Assembly (NCBI GenBank): GCA_965217895.1
Contig: CBDCJV010000002.1
Coordinates: 3,744,001-3,808,000, forward strand
Source: Waterburya sp.
GTDB taxonomy: Bacteria; Cyanobacteriota; Cyanobacteriia; Cyanobacteriales; Xenococcaceae
Direction of reading: 5' to 3'
Length of the DNA stretch: 64,000 nucleotides
The translations under genes were made by a program, and so were the position numbers. Shown here in pieces: positions 10,216 through 20,173 of this stretch (position 1 is its first letter; the number at the start of each line of letters is the position of its first letter). Under the pieces are notes generated by a model. The model was not told the DNA's origin. It searched no databases and saw only the letters and a list, made by a program, of their open reading frames with translations.

Positions 10216-10701
10216 ATGTCAATTATTCAGTGGCAATGCTTGTTATTTTTGGCTGCCATATCAATTTTTATAGCCAATAGTCGTTTTGGATTAGCCGTTT
10301 CCTCATTGTCTTTTTTACCTAATAATCAACATTCTTCTACAGCAAAAAGTACTATTGCTGATAATCATCTGACGGTAACTAAACAACAGCCTCAAAGTCT
10401 TATACAGCAATTAAATTTGACTGATGAACAAAAGCAAAAAATCAAACAGATACATTATCGATATAAGCAGCAAATACTCAAGAAAAAAAACAATCTTGCA
10501 GTGTTACAGCAACAATTATCCGACATGATGATCGGCACAGAATCAGTTGAATTAATTAGAGCTAAAAACCAACAGCTAGTAACCTTGCGTCAGGAAATAG
10601 GAGCATTACATTTTGAAAGTATGCTGGCCACCAGAGAAATACTTACTCCCCAACAGCGTCAGAAATTTAAAAAAATATTAGAATCTCGACTTTCTCGCTA
10701 A
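10216..10701 (+). CDS. Spy/CpxP family periplasmic chaperone (LTXXQ)
   Basis: Signal peptide, LNLTDEQ and ILTPQQR motifs. Confidence 0.85.
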   Translation: MSIIQWQCLLFLAAISIFIANSRFGLAVSSLSFLPNNQHSSTAKSTIADNHLTVTKQQPQSLIQQLNLTDEQKQKIKQIHYRYKQQILKKKNNLAVLQQQLSDMMIGTESVELIRAKNQQLVTLRQEIGALHFESMLATREILTPQQRQKFKKILESRLSR

Positions 10702-10752
10702 CTTGAAAAACAATTTAGTCGAATATATGATAAATTAGTTATTGCTTATTAT

Positions 10753-10834
10753 GCGGATGTGGTGGAATTGGTAGACACGCACGCTTGAGGGGCGTGTGGC
10801 TAACGCCTTGCGAGTTCGAGTCTCGCCATCCGCA
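10753..10834 (+). tRNA. trnL: tRNA-Leu (GAG)
   Basis: GCGGATG/CATCCGC acceptor stem, D-loop GGAATTGGTAGAC, anticodon arm CACGC-TTGAGGG-GCGTG, long variable arm, GTTCGAGTC T-loop; CCA not encoded. Confidence 0.97.
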
Positions 10835-11072
10835 TTGCTTGCTCTTCAAGGAGCAGCGCGACTTTTTTATTAAGGGTGCAAGTCACACACCTGTTTTTTT
10901 GCTCAAATCTTGCTCAGAAGTAACTGTAATAATCGCTTTGGACTCCACAAGTCAAAAGAATTGCGGATATTTGGGCTTTTAGGCGGAAAATACTGTTAAT
11001 TTCTGCAACGCTGGTTTCGCGATCGCCATAATTTTATTGTGATTGTGTATCAGGGCGACGCTTGAATAACCA

Positions 11073-11288
11073 TTAGGCTATTCGCGCTTTAACTGTAGCA
11101 ATCATAGAAGTATCGGCATTGAAATTAGGTGAGGTGGTTTTAGTTTGAGATGCTTTACAGGCAGTAAATAGCAGAATAAAAGAGAATAATAAAACTGACA
11201 AAGATAATACGTTGATCGCTCTATCTTGTTGAAGGAAACTAAAATTATTCCGATCAATCTTATCAATGCGTTTTTGATTATTTTTCAT
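11073..11288 (-). CDS. Small putative lipoprotein, possibly truncated
   Basis: Hydrophobic stretch ending in lipobox-like LFTAC; only about 27 residues follow. Confidence 0.4.
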   Translation of the reverse strand: MKNNQKRIDKIDRNNFSFLQQDRAINVLSLSVLLFSFILLFTACKASQTKTTSPNFNADTSMIATVKARIA

Positions 11289-11629
11289 AATCTACTTATT
11301 TTTAAATACTTTTATTTGTTTGAATTTAAATATTAAATAAGATATTTCGTTGGTAAATCTGCCTTAAGTTTGGTTTTGTTTCTCTAGCTTAAAATATTAA
11401 AATATGTTTCTTGTTAAGGTCTTGTGTTTGAAAGCGTACATATCTTTTTTCTTCTTTGCTATCAAAAGCTTTAAACATATTTTTAAGTCTATATCTCTAG
11501 TAAGATTAAAAGTAAAAAATGGGTTTATAAGATGAGATTGAAGAGCCAGCATTGACAAAATGTTTGAGGAAATAGTTGATGCTGAAAGTTTTTTCCAGAA
11601 TCAAATATCAAATTATATCCTTAAAAATT

Positions 11630-12040
11630 ATGTCTTCAAAAAATCAGTCAATTTTTCCCGAACCAAGCTTTCGCCGACAACAAGTTAACAACTTTCTTAA
11701 TAATCTCTTAGACTTAGGGATTGATAGTGAAAATCAGTCTGCTTTTATTCCAGCCACAGAACTAAAAGAAACTGATAAAGCTTTTTATCTTAAGTTAGAA
11801 ATTCCTGGAATTGTCAAACACCAAATATATCTAGAACTAAATTCCAAATTAGTAATAGTTCGAGGAGAACGAAATTCAATAAAAGATGCTGAAGATGCAC
11901 AACAAATATACAGCAACTTTCGCTATGGTAAATGGCAAAGTATTGTTCCTTTACCCACTGCGATTATTATTTGTGGAGCAAGTGCTGAATATACCGATGG
12001 CATCTTTGAATTGGTTTTATACAAACAGTTCACTATATAG
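11630..12040 (+). CDS. Hsp20/alpha-crystallin family protein (divergent)
   Basis: FIPATELKET...LKLEIPG...GER...FRYGKW...LP...AEYTDGIFEL; start set at ATG 11630. Confidence 0.8.
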   Translation: MSSKNQSIFPEPSFRRQQVNNFLNNLLDLGIDSENQSAFIPATELKETDKAFYLKLEIPGIVKHQIYLELNSKLVIVRGERNSIKDAEDAQQIYSNFRYGKWQSIVPLPTAIIICGASAEYTDGIFELVLYKQFTI

Positions 12041-12174
12041 CAGATAGTCATGAAATTTAAAAAGAGTAGTAAATTTGTTGCCTGAATATATAGCAAAATT
12101 GGTAGTTTCTGTATTGTAAAGTAAGCGCGATCGCTCATCAAAAAAAACAGTTTCTAATTAAATAATTTGAATCA

Positions 12175-12438
12175 ATGAGTATGACCTATAAGATAGCCGA
12201 GCTACTCGATTTGTTGGTTTTTCATTCACCTAAGCCTCCTTATTGGATAGAAATTAAAACCAAAAATCCTACCTGCACATATTATTTTGGTCATTTCGAG
12301 CATCCACTGGCAGCAAAACTTATGCAGCAGGGTTATATCCAGGATTTGATTGATGAAAGAGCAATAGTAGTTAGTGTAAAAACTAAACGATGCCAACCCG
12401 ATCGCTTAACTATTGTTGAAACTGAGAAAAATAGTTAG
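12175..12438 (+). CDS. DUF1816 family protein
   Basis: WIEIKTKNPTCTYYFGHF...GYIQDL...KRCQP motif. Confidence 0.8.
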   Translation: MSMTYKIAELLDLLVFHSPKPPYWIEIKTKNPTCTYYFGHFEHPLAAKLMQQGYIQDLIDERAIVVSVKTKRCQPDRLTIVETEKNS

Positions 12439-12462
12439 TTAACTTTAGATGAGTCTTTATGT

Positions 12463-12675
12463 TTTTTTAGATATAACATTGATTGCATTGATCGTGATGT
12501 TCCCTTTAATTCCCTTAACCCAGACTGTATTGACAGGGTAATTACTCCAGATGTTGATTTTCGTATTCCTTTAGATTGGCAGAAATTTCGCGATCGCCTG
12601 ATAGCTACTTTCCCAGAAGAAACAAGGGGTATTAATCTTTACTGTGACCAGATTAAACAACTGCATCAAGAAATA
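12463..12675 (+). pseudogene. Internal fragment of a phytoene-desaturase-like FAD/NAD(P) oxidoreductase
   Basis: Start-less frame DRDVPFNSLNPDCIDRVITPDVDFRIPLDWQKFRDRLIATFPEETRGINLYCDQIKQLHQEI, ending at a MITE end; family recognised from memory. Confidence 0.55.
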
Positions 12676-12807
12676 ATACTAAATCCTGTTTGGATACACC
12701 ATTTAAAAGTTGTGTAAAGGCAGAGAGCATAAGGCAGATGACAGATGGGTTTAAGCTCGTTTGAGACTCTCAGTTTCAAAGTAGGGTTTGTAAATCGGAT
12801 TTAGTAT
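12676..12807. mobile_element. MITE with ATACTAAATCC / GGATTTAGTAT terminal inverted repeats
   Basis: Perfect 11-bp inverted termini, each containing a TA; internal AGGCAGA-like short repeats. Confidence 0.65.
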
Positions 12808-12879
12808 AAGACAGTTATTTCAGCAGGTGAATTGGTACGATATAGATTGGTCAGATTGGCTTTCCTTACATTATTACTT

Positions 12880-12908
12880 GTAAGAGCGAACGGGCCGTTC
12901 GCCCTTAT
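12880..12908. repeat. REP-like palindrome (GGGCGAAC family)
   Basis: GTAAGAGCGAACGGGCCGTTCGCCCTTAT; relatives at 4099/4302, 18409, 25229 and 60632. Confidence 0.7.
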
Positions 12909-13019
12909 AAGATATCTGCCGATTCGTCTGAGCAAGAAGCAGTCTAAGTTATTCGTGACTATTACAGCGCGATCGCTTATTCTCAGATTACATAAGAAAA
13001 AAAGTATAGAGTACCAATC

Positions 13020-13364
13020 ATGTTCAAGCTATCGGTCAAATTCTCTGTCGTACTAGTTATTATTACGGCATTAGCAATGGTATGTTTGCAGTCGTTTGAG
13101 TCAAAGCCCGTTTTATCGGCAACTTCAGATATTCACTTTCTTGAGCCGACAATTGTTGCAACTGCTACCGCACCACCAAAACTTTTATCTGCCGTGCTGG
13201 GAGGTAAACCCGTTTATGTTCTGTACGTTACCCAATCTGAAGATACTGTCTTGGTACGTTGTTACCCTGGCTATGAGCCAATGATAACGGTTCGAGCGAT
13301 GGGCAGCAATGTTAATGCCAACACACAGAAAGAAGGGGTCATGACCTGCCGTTCTTCTACATAG
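13020..13364 (+). CDS. Secreted hypothetical protein
   Basis: N-terminal signal/TM segment; mature part DTVLVRCYPGYEP...GVMTC with two Cys. Confidence 0.65.
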   Translation: MFKLSVKFSVVLVIITALAMVCLQSFESKPVLSATSDIHFLEPTIVATATAPPKLLSAVLGGKPVYVLYVTQSEDTVLVRCYPGYEPMITVRAMGSNVNANTQKEGVMTCRSST

Positions 13365-13643
13365 AATCTATGCTGCGCGATCGAGCTTATATGATCACAA
13401 TCAATGATGCTATCTCTTCTTGTTTGTAGATGGCTCATTTAAATGCTTTTTCAAGTTTTGTCCTATACCAAGGTCTTTACTCATAGTAATCATTATGATT
13501 TGCTATTGGAATATCGACAAATCAACAAGCAGAGTGGGATAATTGCCCATGACTGTTTATAAACAAAACATTAAAATATTTTACAAGTTCGCTTTTTATA
13601 GTGTAAGCAGTTCTAAGTACACAAAAATATATAGCTTTAATAA

Positions 13644-14564
13644 ATGACAAAGACAGCATGGGTATTTCCAGGACAAGGTTCTCAGTCAGTAGGAATGGGC
13701 GCAGATTTTCAAGATCTTCCAGGTGCAAAATATAAGTTCAAGATTGCAGAAAAAATATTAGGTTGGTCTGTATTAGATATTTGTCAGGGAGACGAATCTA
13801 CCCTGGCTAAGACTCTTTATACTCAGCCATGCCTATACGTTGTTGAATCAATTTTAGTAGATCTATTAGTGAAAAAAACTGGTCTGCCTCAATTAGTTGC
13901 AGGTCACAGCCTTGGTGAATATGTGGCTTTATATGCAGCCAAGGTGTTTGATTTTGAATCAGGATTAAGATTAGTAAAAAAAAGAGCGGAATTGATGGAC
14001 AATGCTGCTGGTGGAAAAATGGCTGCATTAATGAAGTTCGATCGTTCGGAATTAAATGCTGCTTTGGCTGAAACTGATAATGTTGTCCTGGCTAACGATA
14101 ACAGCAAAGAACAGGTAGTCATATCTGGTACACCAGAAGCAGTGAAAAAGATTGTGGACAAAGTTAAAGCAAAACGGATAATGTCTTTAAATGTTTCTGG
14201 TGCTTTTCACTCTCCTTTAATGCAGGATGCTTCAGCACAGTTTCTCACAGTATTAAATTCAGTCAGCTTCAACAATGCAGAGGTTCCTGTAATATCAAAC
14301 GTAGAACCCACTCCTGCTTCTGGCAAAGAAGAATTAAAACAAAGATTAGCGCAACAAATGACTGGTTCAGTTCGCTGGCGAGAAATTATGCTGCAATTTA
14401 CTCAAGCAGAAATTACCCATATTATTGAAGTTGGTCCAGGAAAAGCTTTACGAGGTTTGCTCAAGAGAACCTGTCGTGAAATAAATTTAAGAGGAGTTGA
14501 TACATTAGAACAGCTAAATACATTGGAACAATTTTATTCTAAAGGATTAGTTTTAAGTTCTTGA
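13644..14564 (+). CDS. fabD: Malonyl-CoA:ACP transacylase
   Basis: FPGQGSQ, TQP, GHSLGEY, VSGAFHS, EVGPG. Confidence 0.97.
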   Translation: MTKTAWVFPGQGSQSVGMGADFQDLPGAKYKFKIAEKILGWSVLDICQGDESTLAKTLYTQPCLYVVESILVDLLVKKTGLPQLVAGHSLGEYVALYAAKVFDFESGLRLVKKRAELMDNAAGGKMAALMKFDRSELNAALAETDNVVLANDNSKEQVVISGTPEAVKKIVDKVKAKRIMSLNVSGAFHSPLMQDASAQFLTVLNSVSFNNAEVPVISNVEPTPASGKEELKQRLAQQMTGSVRWREIMLQFTQAEITHIIEVGPGKALRGLLKRTCREINLRGVDTLEQLNTLEQFYSKGLVLSS

Positions 14565-14631
14565 GAAAAACTTTTTAATTTTCAGCTTGATGATCTTTCA
14601 GTAATAAATAGCTACTATTAGCTATTTATTA

Positions 14632-15219
14632 CTAAACCTTGTTTTCTCGACTCCATATTGCTAAACCGCCACCTTTTCCTCTGGCAGCAATTATATTTTG
14701 TTCAATTAAAAAATAGTGAAAAAATGCCTGTTGGGAAATCTTCTGATGATAAAATTCTGCTTCTTTTGTCGCTCCATTTCTGATATAGCCGTCATAAAGT
14801 TTCCAGCCAAAGATGGAAAAGGTCATAGTGGTAAAATCAAAGGCTAAGATATTATTTTTAATAAACTTCATCGGACCTGTTAAAGATAAATTGAAAAAAG
14901 CTAAACTAACAGAGTTGCGCACTCTTCCCGTATTTAAAGTTTCTCGATCGCCCTGGTATTCAATTTTTATTTTAACTAGCTGAGGAATGTATTTTCCTGC
15001 GCCTAAGACAATACCAGCTTTTGTTCTTGTTTTCTTTGTTCCAGTGACAAAGCGTAAATTCCACTCTCCAGTTAAATCAGCTAAAGAATAGTTTTTTTCG
15101 CCTTTTTTCACTTTTTCAGCTTCTAACAAACTTTTTACTACTAACGATGGTGTAGGTAGATCTGAACTTTCATTTGTTACATTGGCTGCGCGATGAAGTA
15201 CTGATTTATTATTGAACAT
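14632..15219 (-). CDS. Conserved cyanobacterial protein, PAP/fibrillin-like beta-barrel
   Basis: LTGEWNLRF and C-terminal ARGKGGGLAIW; start set at ATG 15219. Confidence 0.6.
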   Translation of the reverse strand: MFNNKSVLHRAANVTNESSDLPTPSLVVKSLLEAEKVKKGEKNYSLADLTGEWNLRFVTGTKKTRTKAGIVLGAGKYIPQLVKIKIEYQGDRETLNTGRVRNSVSLAFFNLSLTGPMKFIKNNILAFDFTTMTFSIFGWKLYDGYIRNGATKEAEFYHQKISQQAFFHYFLIEQNIIAARGKGGGLAIWSRENKV

Positions 15220-15515
15220 AGTTGTCCTTTTTCTTGAAAACAAAGTCTAATCTTTAATAAAGTATTTCTATCCAAACTCTTGCTATTCTTTTTAAAATAC
15301 ATTTATCTAATATTGAATTTACGTATCTCTTACATTTATTTAAGTAGGTATCGATTGTAAATATACAATTTATTAATGTTTGTATTCGCTAAAAAACATA
15401 TATACTTAAGCAACTTTGGGCTAATATGTAATTATTTTAAACTGATAACAAAAAATCTTAATTGTCCCTATAATACATTTATTTGTAAAATCTATAAGAA
15501 AAACACAGTTCACTT

Positions 15516-15776
15516 ATGTCTTTTGCTACAAAATTGTTCGACATACTTGGTTTAAAAAAAGAAAATAAACTTCCTTACTGGCTGCAAATAAGTACCAAAG
15601 TACCAAAGTGCGTTTACTATTTTGGTCCTTTCGATAGCCCTATAGAAGCAAAAGCATTGCAAGTTGGCTATATTGAGGATTTAATGGCAGAAAATGCTCA
15701 AGGAATACATATAGAACTTAAACAATGTCTACAACCCTCAGAATTAACTATTTGTGAAAACGAAGAGATTTTTTAG
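15516..15776 (+). CDS. DUF1816 family protein (second paralog)
   Basis: WLQISTKVPKCVYYFGPF...GYIEDL...P.ELTI. Confidence 0.82.
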   Translation: MSFATKLFDILGLKKENKLPYWLQISTKVPKCVYYFGPFDSPIEAKALQVGYIEDLMAENAQGIHIELKQCLQPSELTICENEEIF

Positions 15777-15780
15777 GCTG

Positions 15781-15909
15781 ATAATTATCTTAAGTAACGC
15801 CAGTTCGGATTCAATACTTCTCGGTTAAGTCATCTTTATTAATTGGCTATGTTTGGGTAAGCCCTTCGGGCAGGGTAAGGGGCAAGGGGGAAAGGAATAA
15901 TTATCTTAA
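15781..15909. repeat. MITE-end remnant CAATACTTCTCGGTTAAG with G-rich heptamers, between 13-bp direct repeats
   Basis: ATAATTATCTTAA at 15781 and 15897; the end sequence matches the termini of the 35124-35231 element. Confidence 0.45.
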
Positions 15910-15921
15910 TTTAAACTGAAT

Positions 15922-16731
15922 TCAAAACAGTATAAATTTACCGTCAATTAGCCATAAAGCCCAGCCTGTAACAGCCAAACACAAAACACCTGCAACCCCT
16001 GCTAATGGTTGCTGATTAATTCCTGTCAGCCAGTGGTTTTTATAACTGTAAGTTAATAGTTGCGCTGAGTCTATGCAGGTTAAACCCCAAATCCAACCTG
16101 CATGAAGCCCAACGGCAAGATGAATGTTATTGTTATCAATTAGTCTTGCTCCGACTAAAATCATTCCCATCAACCACAAGCCAGGAATTTGAGGTACTGT
16201 TGCTTTCCTTTCCCAAAGCAGATGTAATAAGGCAAAAATAAGACTGGAAAATGTGGCTGCTAACCAATATGAGCCATTAGTTGATAGAGTACTGTAGATA
16301 TATCCACGGAAAACTAATTCTTCACTCAAACTAATCAGCAAACTTAGAATAAGAATAGGCAGCAGCAAAGGCAATAAGCTTTTGATGTTTTTTCTATGCC
16401 AACTGACAAGTTTGAAAGCCGACTCGAAGCTAAATACAATAGCCAAACTGATAACGCTTAAAATCAAGCCTAATAATATAGAAGCTAATATATGAGAATT
16501 TAAACTCAAGCCAAGATCGGCTAATAACAAATTTTCTGCTTTAATTTTCCAGCCTAAAACGAGAGGAACAAAAGCATAAAGAGATAGTAGCAAGATGATT
16601 TTTTGTCTTGGTATTAAAGGTTGATTTGGCTGCCAGTTGATTAATCGAGATATCACAAAAGCGATCGGCAGCCAGAGAGTTGCCCACGCTCCAAAAAAAG
16701 TTACTACGTTAAACCATGATGTATCAAACAT
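15922..16731 (-). CDS. CPBP (Abi/CAAX type II) intramembrane metalloprotease
   Basis: EELVFRG, FALLH and H(AGW) motifs in a multi-TM protein. Confidence 0.9.
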   Translation of the reverse strand: MFDTSWFNVVTFFGAWATLWLPIAFVISRLINWQPNQPLIPRQKIILLLSLYAFVPLVLGWKIKAENLLLADLGLSLNSHILASILLGLILSVISLAIVFSFESAFKLVSWHRKNIKSLLPLLLPILILSLLISLSEELVFRGYIYSTLSTNGSYWLAATFSSLIFALLHLLWERKATVPQIPGLWLMGMILVGARLIDNNNIHLAVGLHAGWIWGLTCIDSAQLLTYSYKNHWLTGINQQPLAGVAGVLCLAVTGWALWLIDGKFILF

Positions 16732-16805
16732 CTTGCATATCCTAAATAGGAGTTAATCGCCCTCATTCACGAAGGCGATTATGATCGCTAAATTCGCTAA
16801 AGAAA

Positions 16806-17198
16806 TTAGTTATCTAATGCTCCATTTTCTTCACCATCAATCTGCTTGAGATGAATATGTTTATAACCTAATTTTATTTCAAACTTGTCTCCTTCCTTTA
16901 ATCCCATGGCCTGAGTATAAGTAGATCCAATGACAATTTGACCGTTTTTGTGAACACTTACTCGATAAGTAGGCTCTCTTCCACGACCATCTTTTGCTCC
17001 TTCTGGATCTAGAGGAACTCCCTTAGCAGCAAGCACTGCATCATAAAAATCTGTAAGGTTTACGCGCGTTTGTTTCTCTTTTGTAGTGGTAAAATATCCA
17101 CATTTTTTAGCTGTTTCACGTCTTGGTAAATGGGATAGCTCTTTTACTTTTTGAAGTAAGGCTTTTCCTGTTAGCGGGGCGGTTGCCATTTCACTCAT
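16806..17198 (-). CDS. abrB: Cyanobacterial AbrB-like transcription regulator (cyAbrB)
   Basis: LTGKALL..VK...AKKCGY...FYDAVL.AKG; C-terminal AbrB fold YRVSVHKNGQIVIG..YT. Confidence 0.9.
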   Translation of the reverse strand: MSEMATAPLTGKALLQKVKELSHLPRRETAKKCGYFTTTKEKQTRVNLTDFYDAVLAAKGVPLDPEGAKDGRGREPTYRVSVHKNGQIVIGSTYTQAMGLKEGDKFEIKLGYKHIHLKQIDGEENGALDN

Positions 17199-17543
17199 AA
17201 TTAATTTGGGTTCTCTCTAACTCTAGTCAAATTTAAATTGTTTCTTTTAAGTCATATTTGACATTATAAGAAATATACCGTTAATTTACTCTCTTGTCAC
17301 AACTTTTTTTTGATAATAATTTTTTTTCGATAATGTTCTGCAATTAATCTTCAGTTATTTAGTCTGATATTACAAATCATTGATTTTACTACAAATTATA
17401 TTATTGCTAAGTCTCCCTTTAAATATTAGTTATCAGTTATTTTAAATAACAAATACGAATTAAAATAGCCAGGCACTAATCTTGACTTTCGCTACTTAAA
17501 AATGTTATCAGCAAATCATAACGTCTTCAAATATTAATTATTA

Positions 17544-18113
17544 ATGAATTGTCACGAGTTAGATCTGAAAAAAACTATTTTAGTTACTGGTGCATCTAGC
17601 TCAGGAAAAAGCGAATTTGCCGAAATGCTAGCAATTAAAACTAACAAATCTGTTATTTATCTGGCTACAGCAAAAGTCGATCCAAACGATCGCGAATGGC
17701 AGGCCAAAATAATTAAGCATCAGCAGCGAAGACCTCAAGATTGGCAAACATTAGCAGCGTGTGAAGAATTGTCATTATGTATTGAACAGGCTGCGGAATC
17801 TGAATGTTTGCTGATAGATTCTCTAGGTACTTGGATCGCTAATTTTTTGGAACTGGAGCAAATAGACTGGAAGAAAAGGTGCGATCGCCTTTTGAACAGC
17901 ATCCAAAATACTCAAGCACACATCATCTTGGTAGGAGAAGAAACAGGATGGGGTGTTGTTCCTGCTTATCCTCTGGGCAGGCTTTTTCGCGATCGCTTGG
18001 GACATTTATCTCGGCAAGTGGGGAATGTGACAGACACTACCTATCTTGTTGCAGGGGGTCATGTGCTTAATTTAAGCGTGCTGGGAGAACCTTTAAGCAA
18101 TTATAAAATCTAG
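17544..18113 (+). CDS. cobU: Adenosylcobinamide kinase / cobinamide-phosphate guanylyltransferase
   Basis: GASSSGKSEFAE P-loop, HQQRRP.W, IDSLGTW, EETGWGVVP, FRDRLG. Confidence 0.93.
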   Translation: MNCHELDLKKTILVTGASSSGKSEFAEMLAIKTNKSVIYLATAKVDPNDREWQAKIIKHQQRRPQDWQTLAACEELSLCIEQAAESECLLIDSLGTWIANFLELEQIDWKKRCDRLLNSIQNTQAHIILVGEETGWGVVPAYPLGRLFRDRLGHLSRQVGNVTDTTYLVAGGHVLNLSVLGEPLSNYKI

Positions 18114-18191
18114 TTTACGTTTAGTGTGAATTAAAAGGGTTCGATTTTCTCTTTTTATCGGAAATTTAACTTTGAAAACCAGAATATAATA

Positions 18192-18430
18192 CTGGGGGAA
18201 CTTTCCCCCAGACCCCAATCTCGCGCGTTCCCAAGTCCGCGTGGCTTCCCGTTTAGGGATGCCCTCGTGTCGGACGCTTGCGCCTGACGGCGACGCGGTG
18301 AAGCAGTTGCGGTGGACAGGTTCCCTGGCATAAGCAAACTGCTGAACCCTTTAGGGGGTCGCTCGCCTGTTGGGGACGTTACGACCCTCCCCAAAGCCGA
18401 GGCAACGTGGGGCGAATGTATTCGCCCCTT
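18192..18430. repeat. GC-rich composite of small dispersed palindromic repeats
   Basis: Hairpins TGGGGGAAC..TTCCCCCA, GCAGTT..AACTGC, TTGGGGA..TCCCCAA and GGGGCGAAT..ATTCGCCCC in AT-rich intergenic DNA. Confidence 0.7.
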
Positions 18431-18825
18431 TAAGTGCCGTCTTCCGTAAACATTAACCCTAACTTCTACCTTGCCAAATAATCTCTAATCATCTAGATAA
18501 ATAATCGAATTTGCTTTTTGCAAAATCTTGTTACTCTTTGAAATATTAGTCTTTTATAAGCTGATCATAAGAAAGCTAATTCACATCAGACGTAGTTTAT
18601 AAATTTTGGCCGTTATTTTGTTTACTCTCTCGCCTGTCCGCTAAATCAGCAACGCCTTTTGTTGATTAGCTTTTGTCACATAAAGATAGCTAAGGTATAC
18701 TATTTAAACTTTCTATAGATGTAATTATTGACTGCTAGCATTTATCATTACTAGCGTAAGTTTATTAAATTTGCTTATATCGACTGACTATCGTTGCAAT
18801 TCTATATTTATATATTTAGTATTAT

Positions 18826-20151
18826 ATGCAAACTTTTTTTATAATTTGGATTGGTCAAGTTATCTCATTACTAGGTTCTAAATTAACCGAGTTCGCTTTA
18901 GCATTTTGGATTCTTGATCGAACATATCAAGATACAGGAACAATCACCAAATTCGCCCTAACTATATTTTTTATGTATCTTCCCAAGGTGATTATTTCTC
19001 CCTTGGCGGGGGTTTTAATCGACCGATGGAATCGTCGTTACGTTATGCTCATGAGTGACCTGGGAACGGGAATAGTAACCTTGGGGGTACTTTTGTTAGT
19101 TTGGTCAAATTCCTTAGCGGTTTGGCAGATCTATCTTGTTCTGATAATTTCTTCTAGTCTAGGTGCTTTCCAGCAGCCTGCCTATACAGCCTCAATTACC
19201 CAGCTAGTACCAGCTAAGAATTTGAGTCGTGCCAATGGTATGGTGCAGGCATCTTTTGCGATCGCCAAAATTGCCGCTCCTGCGATCGCTGGTTTGCTGA
19301 TGAAGTTTTTTGGTCTAAAAACAATTTTGTCTATAGACATCGCTACATTTATAGTTGCCATTATCACTCTGGTTAGCGTTAAATTTCCTGAATTCAAACG
19401 ACGCACCAAGGCTAAAAGAAAAGTTGTCCATCAAGTGATTTCCGATGCCTTAGCTGGCTGGAACTATATCGTTCTTAGACCTGGTTTAATTCGTTTGGTT
19501 AGTTTTATTTCCATTAGCTACTTTAGTATGGGGATCTTAGAAGTTGTTCTCTGGCCTTTGCTCTACCAACCAAATTCTACTGATGAATTGGGACTTGTGC
19601 TTTCTATTGGGGGTTGCGGGATGCTTTTGGGCAGTGTGTTAATGAGCGTTTGGTCTGGTCCTAAAAACCGTGTTAGAGCAATTATTTGTTTTGCGGGATT
19701 ACAAAGCGTAATTATTTTAATTGGGGGCATGAAAATATCGCCTTTTGTCCTGGCAATTGGCATTTTTGGCTATTTATTCTCTCAGCCAATTATCGTTAGC
19801 TGTAATCAGGCAATTTGGCAGAGTAAAGTTCCCAGTCGTTTGCAGGGCAGGGTATTTGCTTTACAGCAGACTTTAGAAAGATCCCTGGCTATTTGTGCCT
19901 ATTTATTGGCAGGACCTTTAGTAGATAATGTTTTCAATCCGTTGATGGCTGAAGACGGAGTTTTTGCCCAAATGCTTGGCAAATTTGTCAACACAGGTAT
20001 GGGTCAAGGAGTAACGTTATTATTGGTTTTGTTAGGAATTGTAAATGTGCTGGTAGTTGCGATCGCCTATCGTCAACCCCGTCTACGACATCTAGAAACA
20101 GAATTACCCGACCGTAATCGATTTGCGAATACAAAAACTACAGCAGCGTAG
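18826..20151 (+). CDS. MFS transporter (DHA3/MefA-like efflux)
   Basis: WIGQVISLLGS, GVLIDRWNRR motif A, QGRVFA; about 12 TM helices. Confidence 0.9.
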   Translation: MQTFFIIWIGQVISLLGSKLTEFALAFWILDRTYQDTGTITKFALTIFFMYLPKVIISPLAGVLIDRWNRRYVMLMSDLGTGIVTLGVLLLVWSNSLAVWQIYLVLIISSSLGAFQQPAYTASITQLVPAKNLSRANGMVQASFAIAKIAAPAIAGLLMKFFGLKTILSIDIATFIVAIITLVSVKFPEFKRRTKAKRKVVHQVISDALAGWNYIVLRPGLIRLVSFISISYFSMGILEVVLWPLLYQPNSTDELGLVLSIGGCGMLLGSVLMSVWSGPKNRVRAIICFAGLQSVIILIGGMKISPFVLAIGIFGYLFSQPIIVSCNQAIWQSKVPSRLQGRVFALQQTLERSLAICAYLLAGPLVDNVFNPLMAEDGVFAQMLGKFVNTGMGQGVTLLLVLLGIVNVLVVAIAYRQPRLRHLETELPDRNRFANTKTTAA

Positions 20152-20173
20152 CTACTATCGATAAAGCTAGTAG

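Noticed and set aside
10785..10982. 65-aa ORF
   Set aside because: It overlaps tRNA-Leu.
10753..13500. Integrative element or prophage at tRNA-Leu
   Set aside because: No integrase, and I found no duplicated tRNA 3' end; only small genes and relics follow.
18192..18430. Cobalamin riboswitch near cobU, and ORF 18155-18394
   Set aside because: It lies downstream of cobU, I saw no B12 box, and it is built of repeat modules; the ORF is an artefact of GC-rich repeats.
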